This document shows, piece by piece, positions 49,165-57,783 of a DNA stretch of 64,000 nt. The stretch covers positions 21,945-85,944 of the forward strand of contig JBGUGE010000076.1 in the NCBI GenBank assembly GCA_045111335.1. Direction: 5' to 3'. The notes under the pieces are model-generated. The model was not told where the DNA came from. It worked only from the letters and a program-made list of their open reading frames with translations, and ran no database searches. Position 1 is the stretch's first letter; every line of letters begins with the position of its first letter. This DNA comes from Alphaproteobacteria bacterium. Its GTDB lineage: Bacteria; Pseudomonadota; Alphaproteobacteria; RF32; CAG-239. A program made the position numbers and the translations under genes.

Positions 49165-52100
49165 ATGGTAGATTTTGCTTTACAAAAAGAAAATCGCGCC
49201 CGCACCGCTACCGAACAGCAGCGTGACGCGGCCAATCCGATACAATCGGTGTGGGTGGAAGCATCGGCCGGAACCGGAAAAACCAAAGTCCTGACGGATA
49301 GAGTGTTGCGTCTGCTGTTAAACGGGGTTAAACCGATTCGTTTGTTGTGTTTGACTTATACCAAGGCGGCTGCGGTGGAGATGCTGTCGCGAATTTCGCA
49401 GCGCTTGAGCGAATGGGCGGTAAAAGATGAGAACAATTTGGATAAAGATTTATATGATTTGCTCGGTGATGAAATAAAATCGGGAAACGATTTGCAAAAC
49501 TATCGCAAACAGGCTCGAATTTTGTTTGCCGAGCTGTTGGATACGCCGGGGGGTATCAAAGTCCAGACATTGCATAGTTTTTGTACCGACGTTTTGAAAC
49601 GTTTTCCGCTTGAGGCCGGTGTGTCTCCGTATTTTGATGTTTTGGATGACGAACAGGTAAATAACGCTTTGGAGCAAATAAAGTCGGCAATTGTGCAGGA
49701 AGATGAAACCACGGACAGTCCGGAACTTATGGCGGCACGTCGCTACCTGATGAATAATGCTTCCGAATATACTTTCGGTGAAATGGTTCGCAAAATTATC
49801 GGCAGTCGGCGCAAAATGGTGAAAATTATTGATCACTACGGCAATTTAACGGCATTTCTTCAGGCTCTCGGCACCAAAATCGGGATTCGCGATACGGATA
49901 CCGATGATATATTGGTGCGGGAATTTATGGATTCGCTGCGGCTAAGGATTGATGACATGCAGGCAGACATTGCCGCGTGGAATTATGGCGGCGGCAAGCG
50001 GGATATGAGCAAAGCCGAAGCGTTGGCGCAGGTGATTGCCGACGATTTTTCTCCGGCCGATTATGAAATGTATCGCAGTTGCTTTTTGAAAGCAGGAAAC
50101 GAGCTGATAACCGGTGAAAGTTATATTGCCAACACCAAAGCGCAAAGTTATGATCCGGAGCTTAAAGCGCGGTTTGAGGCCGCCGGCAAAAGATTGCAGG
50201 CCTTTGAACAAAAACGCCTTAAATGCAAACTTTATCAATCTACAAAAGCGGCATTTACGGTGGCACAGGAAATTAACCTGCGCTATGAAGAATATAAGCA
50301 ACAACAGGCCTGTATGGATTTTGACGATTTGATTTTGCATACCAAAAATTTGTTGGAAAAATCCGATGCGCGGCAATGGGTTTTATATAAATTAGATGGC
50401 GGCATTGATCACATTTTGGTAGATGAAGCGCAAGATACATCGCCGGAACAATGGGATATTATTGCCGGCCTGAGCGGTGATTTTTTCAGCGGCTGCGGAC
50501 AATCGGAAAATAACCGCACTTTATTTGTGGTCGGTGATCGAAAGCAATCGATTTTCGGTTTTCAGGGTGCTGATCCGGATAAATTTGACTATATGTTCAA
50601 GACATTTAGGGATAAAGCAAAAAAAGCCGGAAAAAAGTTCAAACAGGTAAATTTGGAAATCTCTTTTCGTTCGGCTCCGGCAATTTTGGATTCGGTTAAT
50701 CAGATTTTTGCTACCGAGCAGGCGGCTGACGGTGTGGTAATAGAAAGTAAAAAAGTCGAACACAAGCCATATCGTGTCGGTCAATATGCCAAAGTCACGA
50801 TTTTGCCGCTGATGGAACCGGAAAAAGGTGAAGATATTCACACTGAAGATGAGTATATGCGTCCGCCGATGGAGCGCGTTTATAAAACCGCGTTGGTTAC
50901 CAAAATGGCAGAAGCTACCGCTCATCGGATTCGGCAAATGGTAGATGACAGTGCCGCATCGGATAAGCCGTTGCATTATCGGGATATAATGGTATTGGTG
51001 CGGACCCGCAATGATTTTGTGGAAGAATTTATTCGGGCTTGCGAAAAGGAACATGTTGCCATTTCCGGTGCCGATAAAATGGTGCTTTCCGAACAGATTG
51101 CCATTCAGGATCTTATTTCTTTAGGTAAATTTTTGCTGTTTCCGGCAGATGACTTATCGTTGGCAGAAGTTTTGACATCGCCGTTATTTTCTATTGAGGG
51201 CAAATTGTTGGAAGATTTGTGCTACGAGCGCGCCGGCGGTGAATCGCTGTGGGATAAAATAGAACATGAACCGCGCTGTGCCGATATATGCGGTCAATTG
51301 AAAACTCTGTTGAATAATTTGGATTACGTTCGTCCGTATGAGTTGTTTAATTTTGTGCTTTCGCAAATGGGCGGTCGGCGCAAATTTATTCGGCGCATGG
51401 GACAGGAAGTAGAAGATGCGTTGGATGAATTTATAAATTTGACATTAGATTACGAACAGCAGCAAATTCCGAGTTTGCAGGGATTTATTTCGTGGTTTGG
51501 TCGCAGTACGCGCGAAATCAAACGCGAAAGTGATGATCAGGAAACCGATGCCGTGCGTCTGTTAACGGTGCATCACTCCAAAGGGTTGCAAGCTCCGATT
51601 GTCTTTTTGCCGGATACCGGAACCGTGCCGAAAACAAGTCGGGAAAATGCCTTTTTGCAGGACGGAGAGCTCGGATATTATCCGCTGAACGCAAGCTATT
51701 ATGACGATATTTGCACGGGGCTCAATAAGCAAAACGCGCTTAAGGCTATGCAAGAATATCATCGGTTGCTTTATGTTGCTTTAACCCGTGCCGAAGATGA
51801 GCTGTATATTTGTGCTTACGGCAATCGCAATGCCGATTCATGGTACGAAATTTGCCGCCGCGCGTTTGATGTCGAAGATATGAAAAAAGAGGATGTTATT
51901 GAAAATATCTCGGCGGAATATATGACCAAAGAGCAAAAGAAAAAATCGCTCATCAATGACGGAGAATTTGCCGTCGAACCATGGATAAACGAAAATTTGG
52001 AGCCGGAGGAGGCATTGGCAAAACCGTATACTCCGTCTAAGGAAGAAACCGACGAGGAGGCGGATTCGGCTTCACCGCTGGCAGATAATGAGAGATTTTA

Positions 52101-52554
52101 TCGCCGTGGCACGCTGATTCACCGGTTGTTGCAATTTTTGCCGCAAAATGTCGGCAATCGCGAAAAAGCCGTCGATATGTTTTTAAGTCAGTATGCCATC
52201 GGTTTTTCGCCGCGAGAATGCCAACAGATTAAAACGGAGGTCTTAAATCTGATAAACAATCCGCAATTTGCCGATATTTTCGGTGCGTATTCGCGGTCGG
52301 AAGTGCCGATTATGGGGGCGGTCGACAATCGGATTATTTCGGCGCAGATTGACCGCTTGGTGGTTATGCCGGATAAAATTATGATTGTCGATTTTAAAAC
52401 CAATCGCCCGGCCTGTCCGGATGCGGCACATACGCCGCCGGTATATCTCAATCAGCTGAAAACCTATGCCGAGTTGGCGTCACGTATTTATCCGCATAAA
52501 CCGATTGAAACTTATATTTTATGGACTAACGAAATGCGTTTAATGGAGATTTAG
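49165..52554 (+). CDS. addA: double-strand break repair helicase/nuclease AddA (UvrD-like)
   Basis: Walker A ASAGTGKT, LVDEAQDTS, and UvrD helicase motifs. C-terminal nuclease motif QIDRLVV...IVDFKTN. Confidence 0.85.
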   Translation: MVDFALQKENRARTATEQQRDAANPIQSVWVEASAGTGKTKVLTDRVLRLLLNGVKPIRLLCLTYTKAAAVEMLSRISQRLSEWAVKDENNLDKDLYDLLGDEIKSGNDLQNYRKQARILFAELLDTPGGIKVQTLHSFCTDVLKRFPLEAGVSPYFDVLDDEQVNNALEQIKSAIVQEDETTDSPELMAARRYLMNNASEYTFGEMVRKIIGSRRKMVKIIDHYGNLTAFLQALGTKIGIRDTDTDDILVREFMDSLRLRIDDMQADIAAWNYGGGKRDMSKAEALAQVIADDFSPADYEMYRSCFLKAGNELITGESYIANTKAQSYDPELKARFEAAGKRLQAFEQKRLKCKLYQSTKAAFTVAQEINLRYEEYKQQQACMDFDDLILHTKNLLEKSDARQWVLYKLDGGIDHILVDEAQDTSPEQWDIIAGLSGDFFSGCGQSENNRTLFVVGDRKQSIFGFQGADPDKFDYMFKTFRDKAKKAGKKFKQVNLEISFRSAPAILDSVNQIFATEQAADGVVIESKKVEHKPYRVGQYAKVTILPLMEPEKGEDIHTEDEYMRPPMERVYKTALVTKMAEATAHRIRQMVDDSAASDKPLHYRDIMVLVRTRNDFVEEFIRACEKEHVAISGADKMVLSEQIAIQDLISLGKFLLFPADDLSLAEVLTSPLFSIEGKLLEDLCYERAGGESLWDKIEHEPRCADICGQLKTLLNNLDYVRPYELFNFVLSQMGGRRKFIRRMGQEVEDALDEFINLTLDYEQQQIPSLQGFISWFGRSTREIKRESDDQETDAVRLLTVHHSKGLQAPIVFLPDTGTVPKTSRENAFLQDGELGYYPLNASYYDDICTGLNKQNALKAMQEYHRLLYVALTRAEDELYICAYGNRNADSWYEICRRAFDVEDMKKEDVIENISAEYMTKEQKKKSLINDGEFAVEPWINENLEPEEALAKPYTPSKEETDEEADSASPLADNERFYRRGTLIHRLLQFLPQNVGNREKAVDMFLSQYAIGFSPRECQQIKTEVLNLINNPQFADIFGAYSRSEVPIMGAVDNRIISAQIDRLVVMPDKIMIVDFKTNRPACPDAAHTPPVYLNQLKTYAELASRIYPHKPIETYILWTNEMRLMEI

Positions 52555-52561
52555 ATAAAAC

Positions 52562-52590
52562 TTGACGAAAGTCTAAATAAATTGTAATAT
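52562..52590 (+). promoter_or_regulatory. putative promoter of the 52.6-55.6 kb ORF trio
   Basis: TTGACG-N17-TAATAT, starting 8 nt after the addA stop. Confidence 0.45.
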
Positions 52591-52619
52591 AAAGGTAATA
52601 TAAAACAAGGGGTGTACAC

Positions 52620-53060
52620 ATGGTTGAAGAAAACATCGCCAAAAATACGGAACAAGATATAAAACTGATTGAAAAATCCGCATTATTCATCGGAGATGAA
52701 GAAGGAATATTGGTGGTTGTCGATATTGAATGCGATTCAAAAGTAACAAACGCCGAGATTATATATGACGGCAAGAACACCGTTATTCTGAATCGGGATA
52801 ATAAGGATTATTTTGCCTTAAAAAATATTCCGCCAAGCATAAGAGAAGACATAAAGTCGTCTGAATTTGTGACAGTTGTTGAGAAATTGAAAGGTGATAT
52901 TTATTCGTACGAAGTAAGTGTCAGAATTGTACCGGATATGGGAATTCCGGATGACTGGGATCAGTGTGCTTTCAAAATTATAGAAGAAATGGAAAAACGA
53001 CTCTCTGCCCAAAACTTCGAAAAATTCAGACAATTAATTAATACTGAAACAAGTAAATAA
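52620..53060 (+). CDS. hypothetical small acidic protein (146 aa)
   Basis: ORF with an AAGGGG SD. AT-rich and AGA-using. No recognised motif. Confidence 0.5.
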   Translation: MVEENIAKNTEQDIKLIEKSALFIGDEEGILVVVDIECDSKVTNAEIIYDGKNTVILNRDNKDYFALKNIPPSIREDIKSSEFVTVVEKLKGDIYSYEVSVRIVPDMGIPDDWDQCAFKIIEEMEKRLSAQNFEKFRQLINTETSK

Positions 53061-53073
53061 GAGGAGAAAATCA

Positions 53074-53484
53074 ATGGATTTCAATATTTTTAACAAAAAA
53101 GCGCCGAAGACGCGAGAGAATACGGAAAATACCATAAAAAGATTGGAAAAAATTGCGCAAAAGGCCGATAAAATTAAGCAGAACGCGGCAGAATACAGTA
53201 ATACCGGCGTATACATCGGAGGAGCCGGCTTTTTGATGAATTTTATTGCCGGTGACGGAATTTACGATATTATCGGTGGTTTGCTGGTTGCCGGCGGTGC
53301 GGCAACACTTGTCGGCAGCTACGGTACAGTTTATGCCGCCGACGCTGTTAAAAAATATACGGAATATAAATTAAGTAAAACCAGAGGTAAGCTTCCGCAA
53401 CAAGAGCAGACCGTTGCCGCAGGCAAACCGGCAGAAGCAAAATCCGTGACCGGCATAAAATTGCAAAATGTAACGGTTCGCTGA
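53074..53484 (+). CDS. hypothetical small membrane protein with glycine-zipper-like hairpin (136 aa)
   Basis: GAGGAG SD. The central region GVYIGGAGFLMNFIAGDG...IIGGLLVAGGAATLVGSYG is flanked by Lys-rich tails. Confidence 0.5.
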   Translation: MDFNIFNKKAPKTRENTENTIKRLEKIAQKADKIKQNAAEYSNTGVYIGGAGFLMNFIAGDGIYDIIGGLLVAGGAATLVGSYGTVYAADAVKKYTEYKLSKTRGKLPQQEQTVAAGKPAEAKSVTGIKLQNVTVR

Positions 53485-53564
53485 TTTTCAGTATATTGGT
53501 AAGGTATATCCGTCCGCACAGGACGAATGGTGTCGTCTTTCGCTGTTAAATAAAAGGAAAGCTG

Positions 53565-55616
53565 ATGTCGGAAGCAAAAACGCAAAGGGAACGCAATCAA
53601 AGCATTTTAGATACGTATGACGGATCGGATATATACCATCCGCAGGTGATTTTGCGCAAGGTAAATCAGGTTGATGGCAATGTGCTCGATGATGAATTAT
53701 TCGGGGTTAAACTTAGTTGTTGTCGTGATTATGATTTCTCTTATGTTTGGGATCAATTGCCGGAAAATTTTAAGTGGGCGGCATACGGTATCGTCGATTT
53801 TATAACACAATATAATGAGTTGTTGAAACATCCGACGGAACGGATACATTTGGAGGCGTTGGCGCAAAATGGCCGGATTTTTATCGAAGACCGTTGTTCT
53901 TCCACCAGAGGAAACTCTAAAAGCGGTGGATACGAAGGAATGTCAACTTTTATTTATGGAAAGCCGGCAATAGTATTGGTGGCTCGGTACTGCAATAGAG
54001 AAACTTTATTGCATGAGGCTATACATAATTCTGACTTGCGTGTATACAGGTATAAAGGCAGTTTCAGCGCCCAAAAGATTTATCAGGCGGCGATTATGAT
54101 GCTTGACGCCCAAAAGATACAATCTTCAAGGGGCTATGAAAGCGTTAAATGTTTGCGTAAAATCAACAGAATTTATCAAGACGGCGAAATATATGCCGAA
54201 GGTCTGGCCTGGATTACCTCAATGCCGATGGAAAAATTGGCCAAGGAAAAAAATCATATCGGTAAAAACCTCAAGATTTTGCATTCTCTCTATACCGAAG
54301 CCTCAGTATCTTTGAAAAATCAACTGGCTGTAATAGAATATTTTCAATTCTGGCAACCGTCGGCGCATATCGCCAAATTGTTGGAAGTCTATAACAAAAA
54401 TGGGCAAAAAATCGGTAAAGAGCGCAATAAAATCCTCAAGCAGCAGAAGCATTTTTGGGATGAGTTGATGAAATTCCGCAAAGAAATCAACAAACTCAAA
54501 GTGCGCGGTATACAATGCAATTCTTTATCTTTAAATGCCGGTGCTCTGACTTATTGTCAAAATAACGGGGTTAATTCGTTACTTCCGGCATATTTAGCTC
54601 AAGATACGTTCAGAAAGTCCTATCAATCCGTCAATGATGATGAAAAGGATGAGATTGCCAACCACTGTTTGCATACGGAAATGCTGAAAACATTGTTTGC
54701 CGATATTAAACCGGCTGATTTCAGTCATCCGGCGCTGTTTGCGGAAAAGTTTTTGACGTGTCGTGAATATCTGTTCAAAATGAGATCTGATTTTTTGCAT
54801 CAAAATAACGTCGCGAGTTTGTTTGATACCTTGAATGCAGATAAAAAGTTGAGCGGAATTGCGGCGCGCTATATGCTTTATAATAATATGAAAGCGTTGA
54901 TCGAGATTGCCTATATGCAAACACATTCTCATTGTTCTGATAAAGAATGCACTTTGGCGTATTTATACGATATACGTCCAGAAACCGCCGCGACCAGAGA
55001 TATGCTCGTTCAACTTAAATTGAAAGAAGCCGATTCTGTTGAGCAAAAGAGATCTCTTACAGAAAGGGCAATTAATCGGGCTCAAGAAGAATTGTCTCAC
55101 AGAACATTAAGAGGCGACAGGTTTCTTGCAGATGCAGTTTGGGCAACCGAGCATTTGCTCAAAGAATATAATTTGCCGTCGGGTATTCATGGTATTTTGC
55201 AACTTGACGACTTGCAGAATTTTAGTGTTTCGGCGAATGTTGTGCGTGATTTGCAATGGATTGAAGCCAAAAACGGCGATGATGGATTGCCGGCGGAGAT
55301 GTATCGACATTTTGAGCCGGGAATCATCGCCGATTATTGCAGCAGACCGACCGATGCCTTTAATCCGAAAAGTGAAGATTATGTGCCGAATAATTACCTT
55401 AATTCCGATTCGAAAAAGGTTGCACATACTCGGGCATTGTATGAGTTTTTGGCCTTGCGGCACGCGTATCAGGCTAAAACTCATTGTAAAAAATTTCCGC
55501 CTAATTTGCGATTGAATGCGTTTACGCCTAACTCTGATTATTATAGACAAATCAGGTCATTATCGGCGCCGCAAAAAGCTCCGACAAGCGAAACAAACGG
55601 CAATACAGGGAAATGA
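53565..55616 (+). CDS. hypothetical 683-aa protein with an HExxH motif (possible zinc metallopeptidase/effector)
   Basis: Long ORF with an AAGGAAAG SD. HEAIH lies at aa 150-154 (nt 54012-54026). AGA/AGG Arg codons are frequent. Confidence 0.6.
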   Translation: MSEAKTQRERNQSILDTYDGSDIYHPQVILRKVNQVDGNVLDDELFGVKLSCCRDYDFSYVWDQLPENFKWAAYGIVDFITQYNELLKHPTERIHLEALAQNGRIFIEDRCSSTRGNSKSGGYEGMSTFIYGKPAIVLVARYCNRETLLHEAIHNSDLRVYRYKGSFSAQKIYQAAIMMLDAQKIQSSRGYESVKCLRKINRIYQDGEIYAEGLAWITSMPMEKLAKEKNHIGKNLKILHSLYTEASVSLKNQLAVIEYFQFWQPSAHIAKLLEVYNKNGQKIGKERNKILKQQKHFWDELMKFRKEINKLKVRGIQCNSLSLNAGALTYCQNNGVNSLLPAYLAQDTFRKSYQSVNDDEKDEIANHCLHTEMLKTLFADIKPADFSHPALFAEKFLTCREYLFKMRSDFLHQNNVASLFDTLNADKKLSGIAARYMLYNNMKALIEIAYMQTHSHCSDKECTLAYLYDIRPETAATRDMLVQLKLKEADSVEQKRSLTERAINRAQEELSHRTLRGDRFLADAVWATEHLLKEYNLPSGIHGILQLDDLQNFSVSANVVRDLQWIEAKNGDDGLPAEMYRHFEPGIIADYCSRPTDAFNPKSEDYVPNNYLNSDSKKVAHTRALYEFLALRHAYQAKTHCKKFPPNLRLNAFTPNSDYYRQIRSLSAPQKAPTSETNGNTGK

Positions 55617-55624
55617 TTTTTTAC

Positions 55625-55652
55625 TTGACAAAATATAAAAAAGTGATATATT
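55625..55652 (+). promoter_or_regulatory. strong sigma70-type promoter with extended -10
   Basis: TTGACA-N16-TATATT, with TG one base upstream of the -10 (TGATATATT). Confidence 0.5.
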
Positions 55653-55659
55653 AAACTTA

Positions 55660-55987
55660 CATTTTTATTGTATATATACCGTTTATGTATCGGACATTCA
55701 TTTAGATTCGTGCCTTTTCTCCCTTATTATTCGATAAGAATATATGAGGATTAAGAGAAACGCACGAAGGAGATTTTTAGCACGGTCGGCACTTAAGTGC
55801 TTGCAACCTATACGGCTTAAATCTCTTGCTGTGACGTGTATATCACAGCCTTGTTATCTGATTGAAATGTCCTTAGGCTTCTTTTTGTATACTCGACTAA
55901 GTCGATATCAAAAACGGAGCCTCCAAAGTACGTGCTGTTATTTTTAACGGCACAAAATAAACGGCCCCGATAGCGGGCCTTTTTTTA
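55660..55987 (+). ncRNA. putative ~330-nt structured RNA of unknown class (could instead be a structured 3' UTR)
   Basis: Bounded by the promoter at 55625-55652 and the terminator at 55963-55987. It contains long hairpins at 55708-55767, 55828-55849 and 55875-55922. The only ORF inside (55744-55947) lacks an SD and has implausible composition. Confidence 0.3.
55963..55987 (+). terminator. rho-independent terminator
   Basis: GC-rich stem GGCCC(C)/(G)GGGCC followed by TTTTTTTATTTT. Confidence 0.6.
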
Positions 55988-56120
55988 TTTTAAATCGGCG
56001 AGATTTTTCCTTTGTTGCGCGATTTTGCTTAAAAAAAGTGTTGTAATTATTCAGATTATCTTTAATATGGATTAAAGCGGATTATATATAATGCAAAATT
56101 AATAACATGAGGAGAAAAAT

Positions 56121-56438
56121 ATGACACAACCTTTAAAAGACAGCCAGTTCGGTGAAAATGTATTGAACGCCAAAGGTTTGGTGCTGGTAGATTTTTGGGC
56201 GGAATGGTGCGGTCCGTGCCGTCAGCTCGGCCCGATTTTGGAAGCTATCGATAACGAAATCGGAAACGAAGTTAAAATCTATAAAATGAATGTTGACGAT
56301 TCACCGGAAATTGCCGGCCAGCTCGGGATTCGCAGTATTCCGACCATGTATTTGTTCAAAGACGGTAAACAAGTTGATTTTAAGGTCGGTTTAAACACGC
56401 AATCAACTATTCAGGATTGGATTAAATCGTATAAATAA
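56121..56438 (+). CDS. trxA: thioredoxin
   Basis: WAEWCGPCRQL active site. 105 aa with a GAGGAG SD. Confidence 0.95.
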   Translation: MTQPLKDSQFGENVLNAKGLVLVDFWAEWCGPCRQLGPILEAIDNEIGNEVKIYKMNVDDSPEIAGQLGIRSIPTMYLFKDGKQVDFKVGLNTQSTIQDWIKSYK

Positions 56439-56454
56439 ATTAATTCGGTACAAT

Positions 56455-56488
56455 AAAAAAACGCCGCTCAAATCAGAACGGCGTTTTA
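56455..56488. terminator. bidirectional rho-independent terminator (trxA / rplQ)
   Basis: Stem AAAACGCCG/CGGCGTTTT with a 12-nt loop, between convergent genes. Confidence 0.7.
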
Positions 56489-56506
56489 ATTTATCGGTTT
56501 TGAAAA

Positions 56507-56965
56507 CTATTTGTTTTCGGAAACTTCATTCTCTGCTTTTTCAGCTTCGGCAGCGGCAGCCTTTTCAGCAGCAACACGAGCCAAATCTTTAGCGCCTTTC
56601 GCATTAACATCGCGATCAACCAATTCAATGATTGCCATCGGCGCGCAGTCGCCGTAACGGAAACCGGACTTCAATACGCGGGTATAACCGCCGTTGCGTT
56701 CCTTATAACGTTCGGCCAAAGTAGAGAAAAGTTTGGAAACAACTTCGTTATTGCGCAAGAAACCGGCAGCCAAACGACGGCTGTTCAAGTCGCCCTTCTT
56801 GGCATAGGTAATCATCTTGTCGGCAAAAGTTCTGAGTTCTTTTGCACGGGTTAACGTGATTGTAATTTGTTCGTGTGTCAGCAATGCACCGGTCAAATTA
56901 GAGAATAAAGCTCTTCTCTGGCTCTTCGGCATACTGAATTTTTTATGTGCGTCACCATGTCTCAT
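56507..56965 (-). CDS. rplQ: 50S ribosomal protein L17
   Basis: MRHG...TLTRAKELR...NGGYTRVLK...[12 protein letters not shown] pattern of L17, with an Ala/Glu-rich C-terminal tail. Confidence 0.9.
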   Translation of the reverse strand: MRHGDAHKKFSMPKSQRRALFSNLTGALLTHEQITITLTRAKELRTFADKMITYAKKGDLNSRRLAAGFLRNNEVVSKLFSTLAERYKERNGGYTRVLKSGFRYGDCAPMAIIELVDRDVNAKGAKDLARVAAEKAAAAEAEKAENEVSENK

Positions 56966-57130
56966 AGGTGTTTTCCTTTCATTTTCTCTATGCTTTGCTG
57001 GGCAAAGCGGATTGTTACAGTGCTCTTACTACGGTGGCCTTGCGGCTCATACATAAAAGCGATTCGTTTTTCGGATATGTTCGTAACATATTATTTTGCT
57101 AAATGCAAGCAGAATCTTTATCTGCGGCAT

Positions 57131-57157
57131 AAAAAAAGCCCGCAATTAAAGCGGGCT
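57131..57157 (-). terminator. rho-independent terminator of ORF 57176-57595
   Basis: Stem AGCCCGC/GCGGGCT with a 7-nt loop. The T7 run is on the minus strand. Confidence 0.75.
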
Positions 57158-57175
57158 GATTAAAATTTGCAAAGA

Positions 57176-57595
57176 TTAAGCTGAGCGAACCTTATCCTTT
57201 TGGGTAACGTTCACCGTATTCATTTTCTTGATTGAGGCAATTGCTCTTTCAGACAGTGCAAGTGAATCACTCTGTTTATTAACCTCAAGCGCATTGTTAT
57301 AGCCGCGCTCAATACCTTTCATCAGTGCCTCATACAGCGGCGGAACATTTTCCGCATAATTTCTCATCGGACTCAACCTTTCATTAAAAATCGCTCCAAA
57401 GGCATCCAGACTGGCTCCCGAATACGGTTTCTCGGCTCGAGCGTTATTTTTCATAGGGATCAAAGCTTCATTGTAATTACTCTCTAAATCTTTGATGCCT
57501 GCCCCCGACGACTTGCGTACGGCATCGGAAGCCCCCATCTCAATCAGCTCGGCGCCGCCTAATGAAAAAATCTTTGCCTGCGATTTGTCACTCAT
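57176..57595 (-). CDS. hypothetical soluble protein (139 aa)
   Basis: ORF with its own terminator. No recognised motif. Confidence 0.5.
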   Translation of the reverse strand: MSDKSQAKIFSLGGAELIEMGASDAVRKSSGAGIKDLESNYNEALIPMKNNARAEKPYSGASLDAFGAIFNERLSPMRNYAENVPPLYEALMKGIERGYNNALEVNKQSDSLALSERAIASIKKMNTVNVTQKDKVRSA

Positions 57596-57783
57596 CTCTC
57601 TTTTCCTAATTTATATAAGCCAACATTTGACGAATATGAATTCATCTTTTGTCTAACAATAACACGTATAAATAATTTTGTCAACCTTTTTTTTGAAAAA
57701 AATGCATATTTTGTGATAAAAGTAACCTTTTTGTTACGAACATCGATTAAAATAGCCTCAAATAAAAGAAAAAGGGGACTGTA

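Noticed and set aside
55744-55947. 67-aa ORF (MRIKRNARRRFLARSALKCLQ...) in the addA-trxA intergenic unit.
   Set aside because: It has no Shine-Dalgarno sequence. Its Arg/Cys/Leu-rich composition is implausible. It lies entirely within hand-paired long hairpins. I treated it as part of a putative RNA.
55660-55987. Possibility that the structured unit is a two-piece alphaproteobacterial tmRNA, RNase P RNA, SRP RNA or 6S RNA.
   Set aside because: I found no GGTTCGA-type T-loop and no tag-like reading frame ending in Ala-Ala-stop. The only A-stop frame gives VLATYTA. There is no GAGGAAAGTCC-type RNase P P4 motif and no SRP GGAA/AGCA motif. The length is wrong for 6S and SRP RNA. The class is left open.
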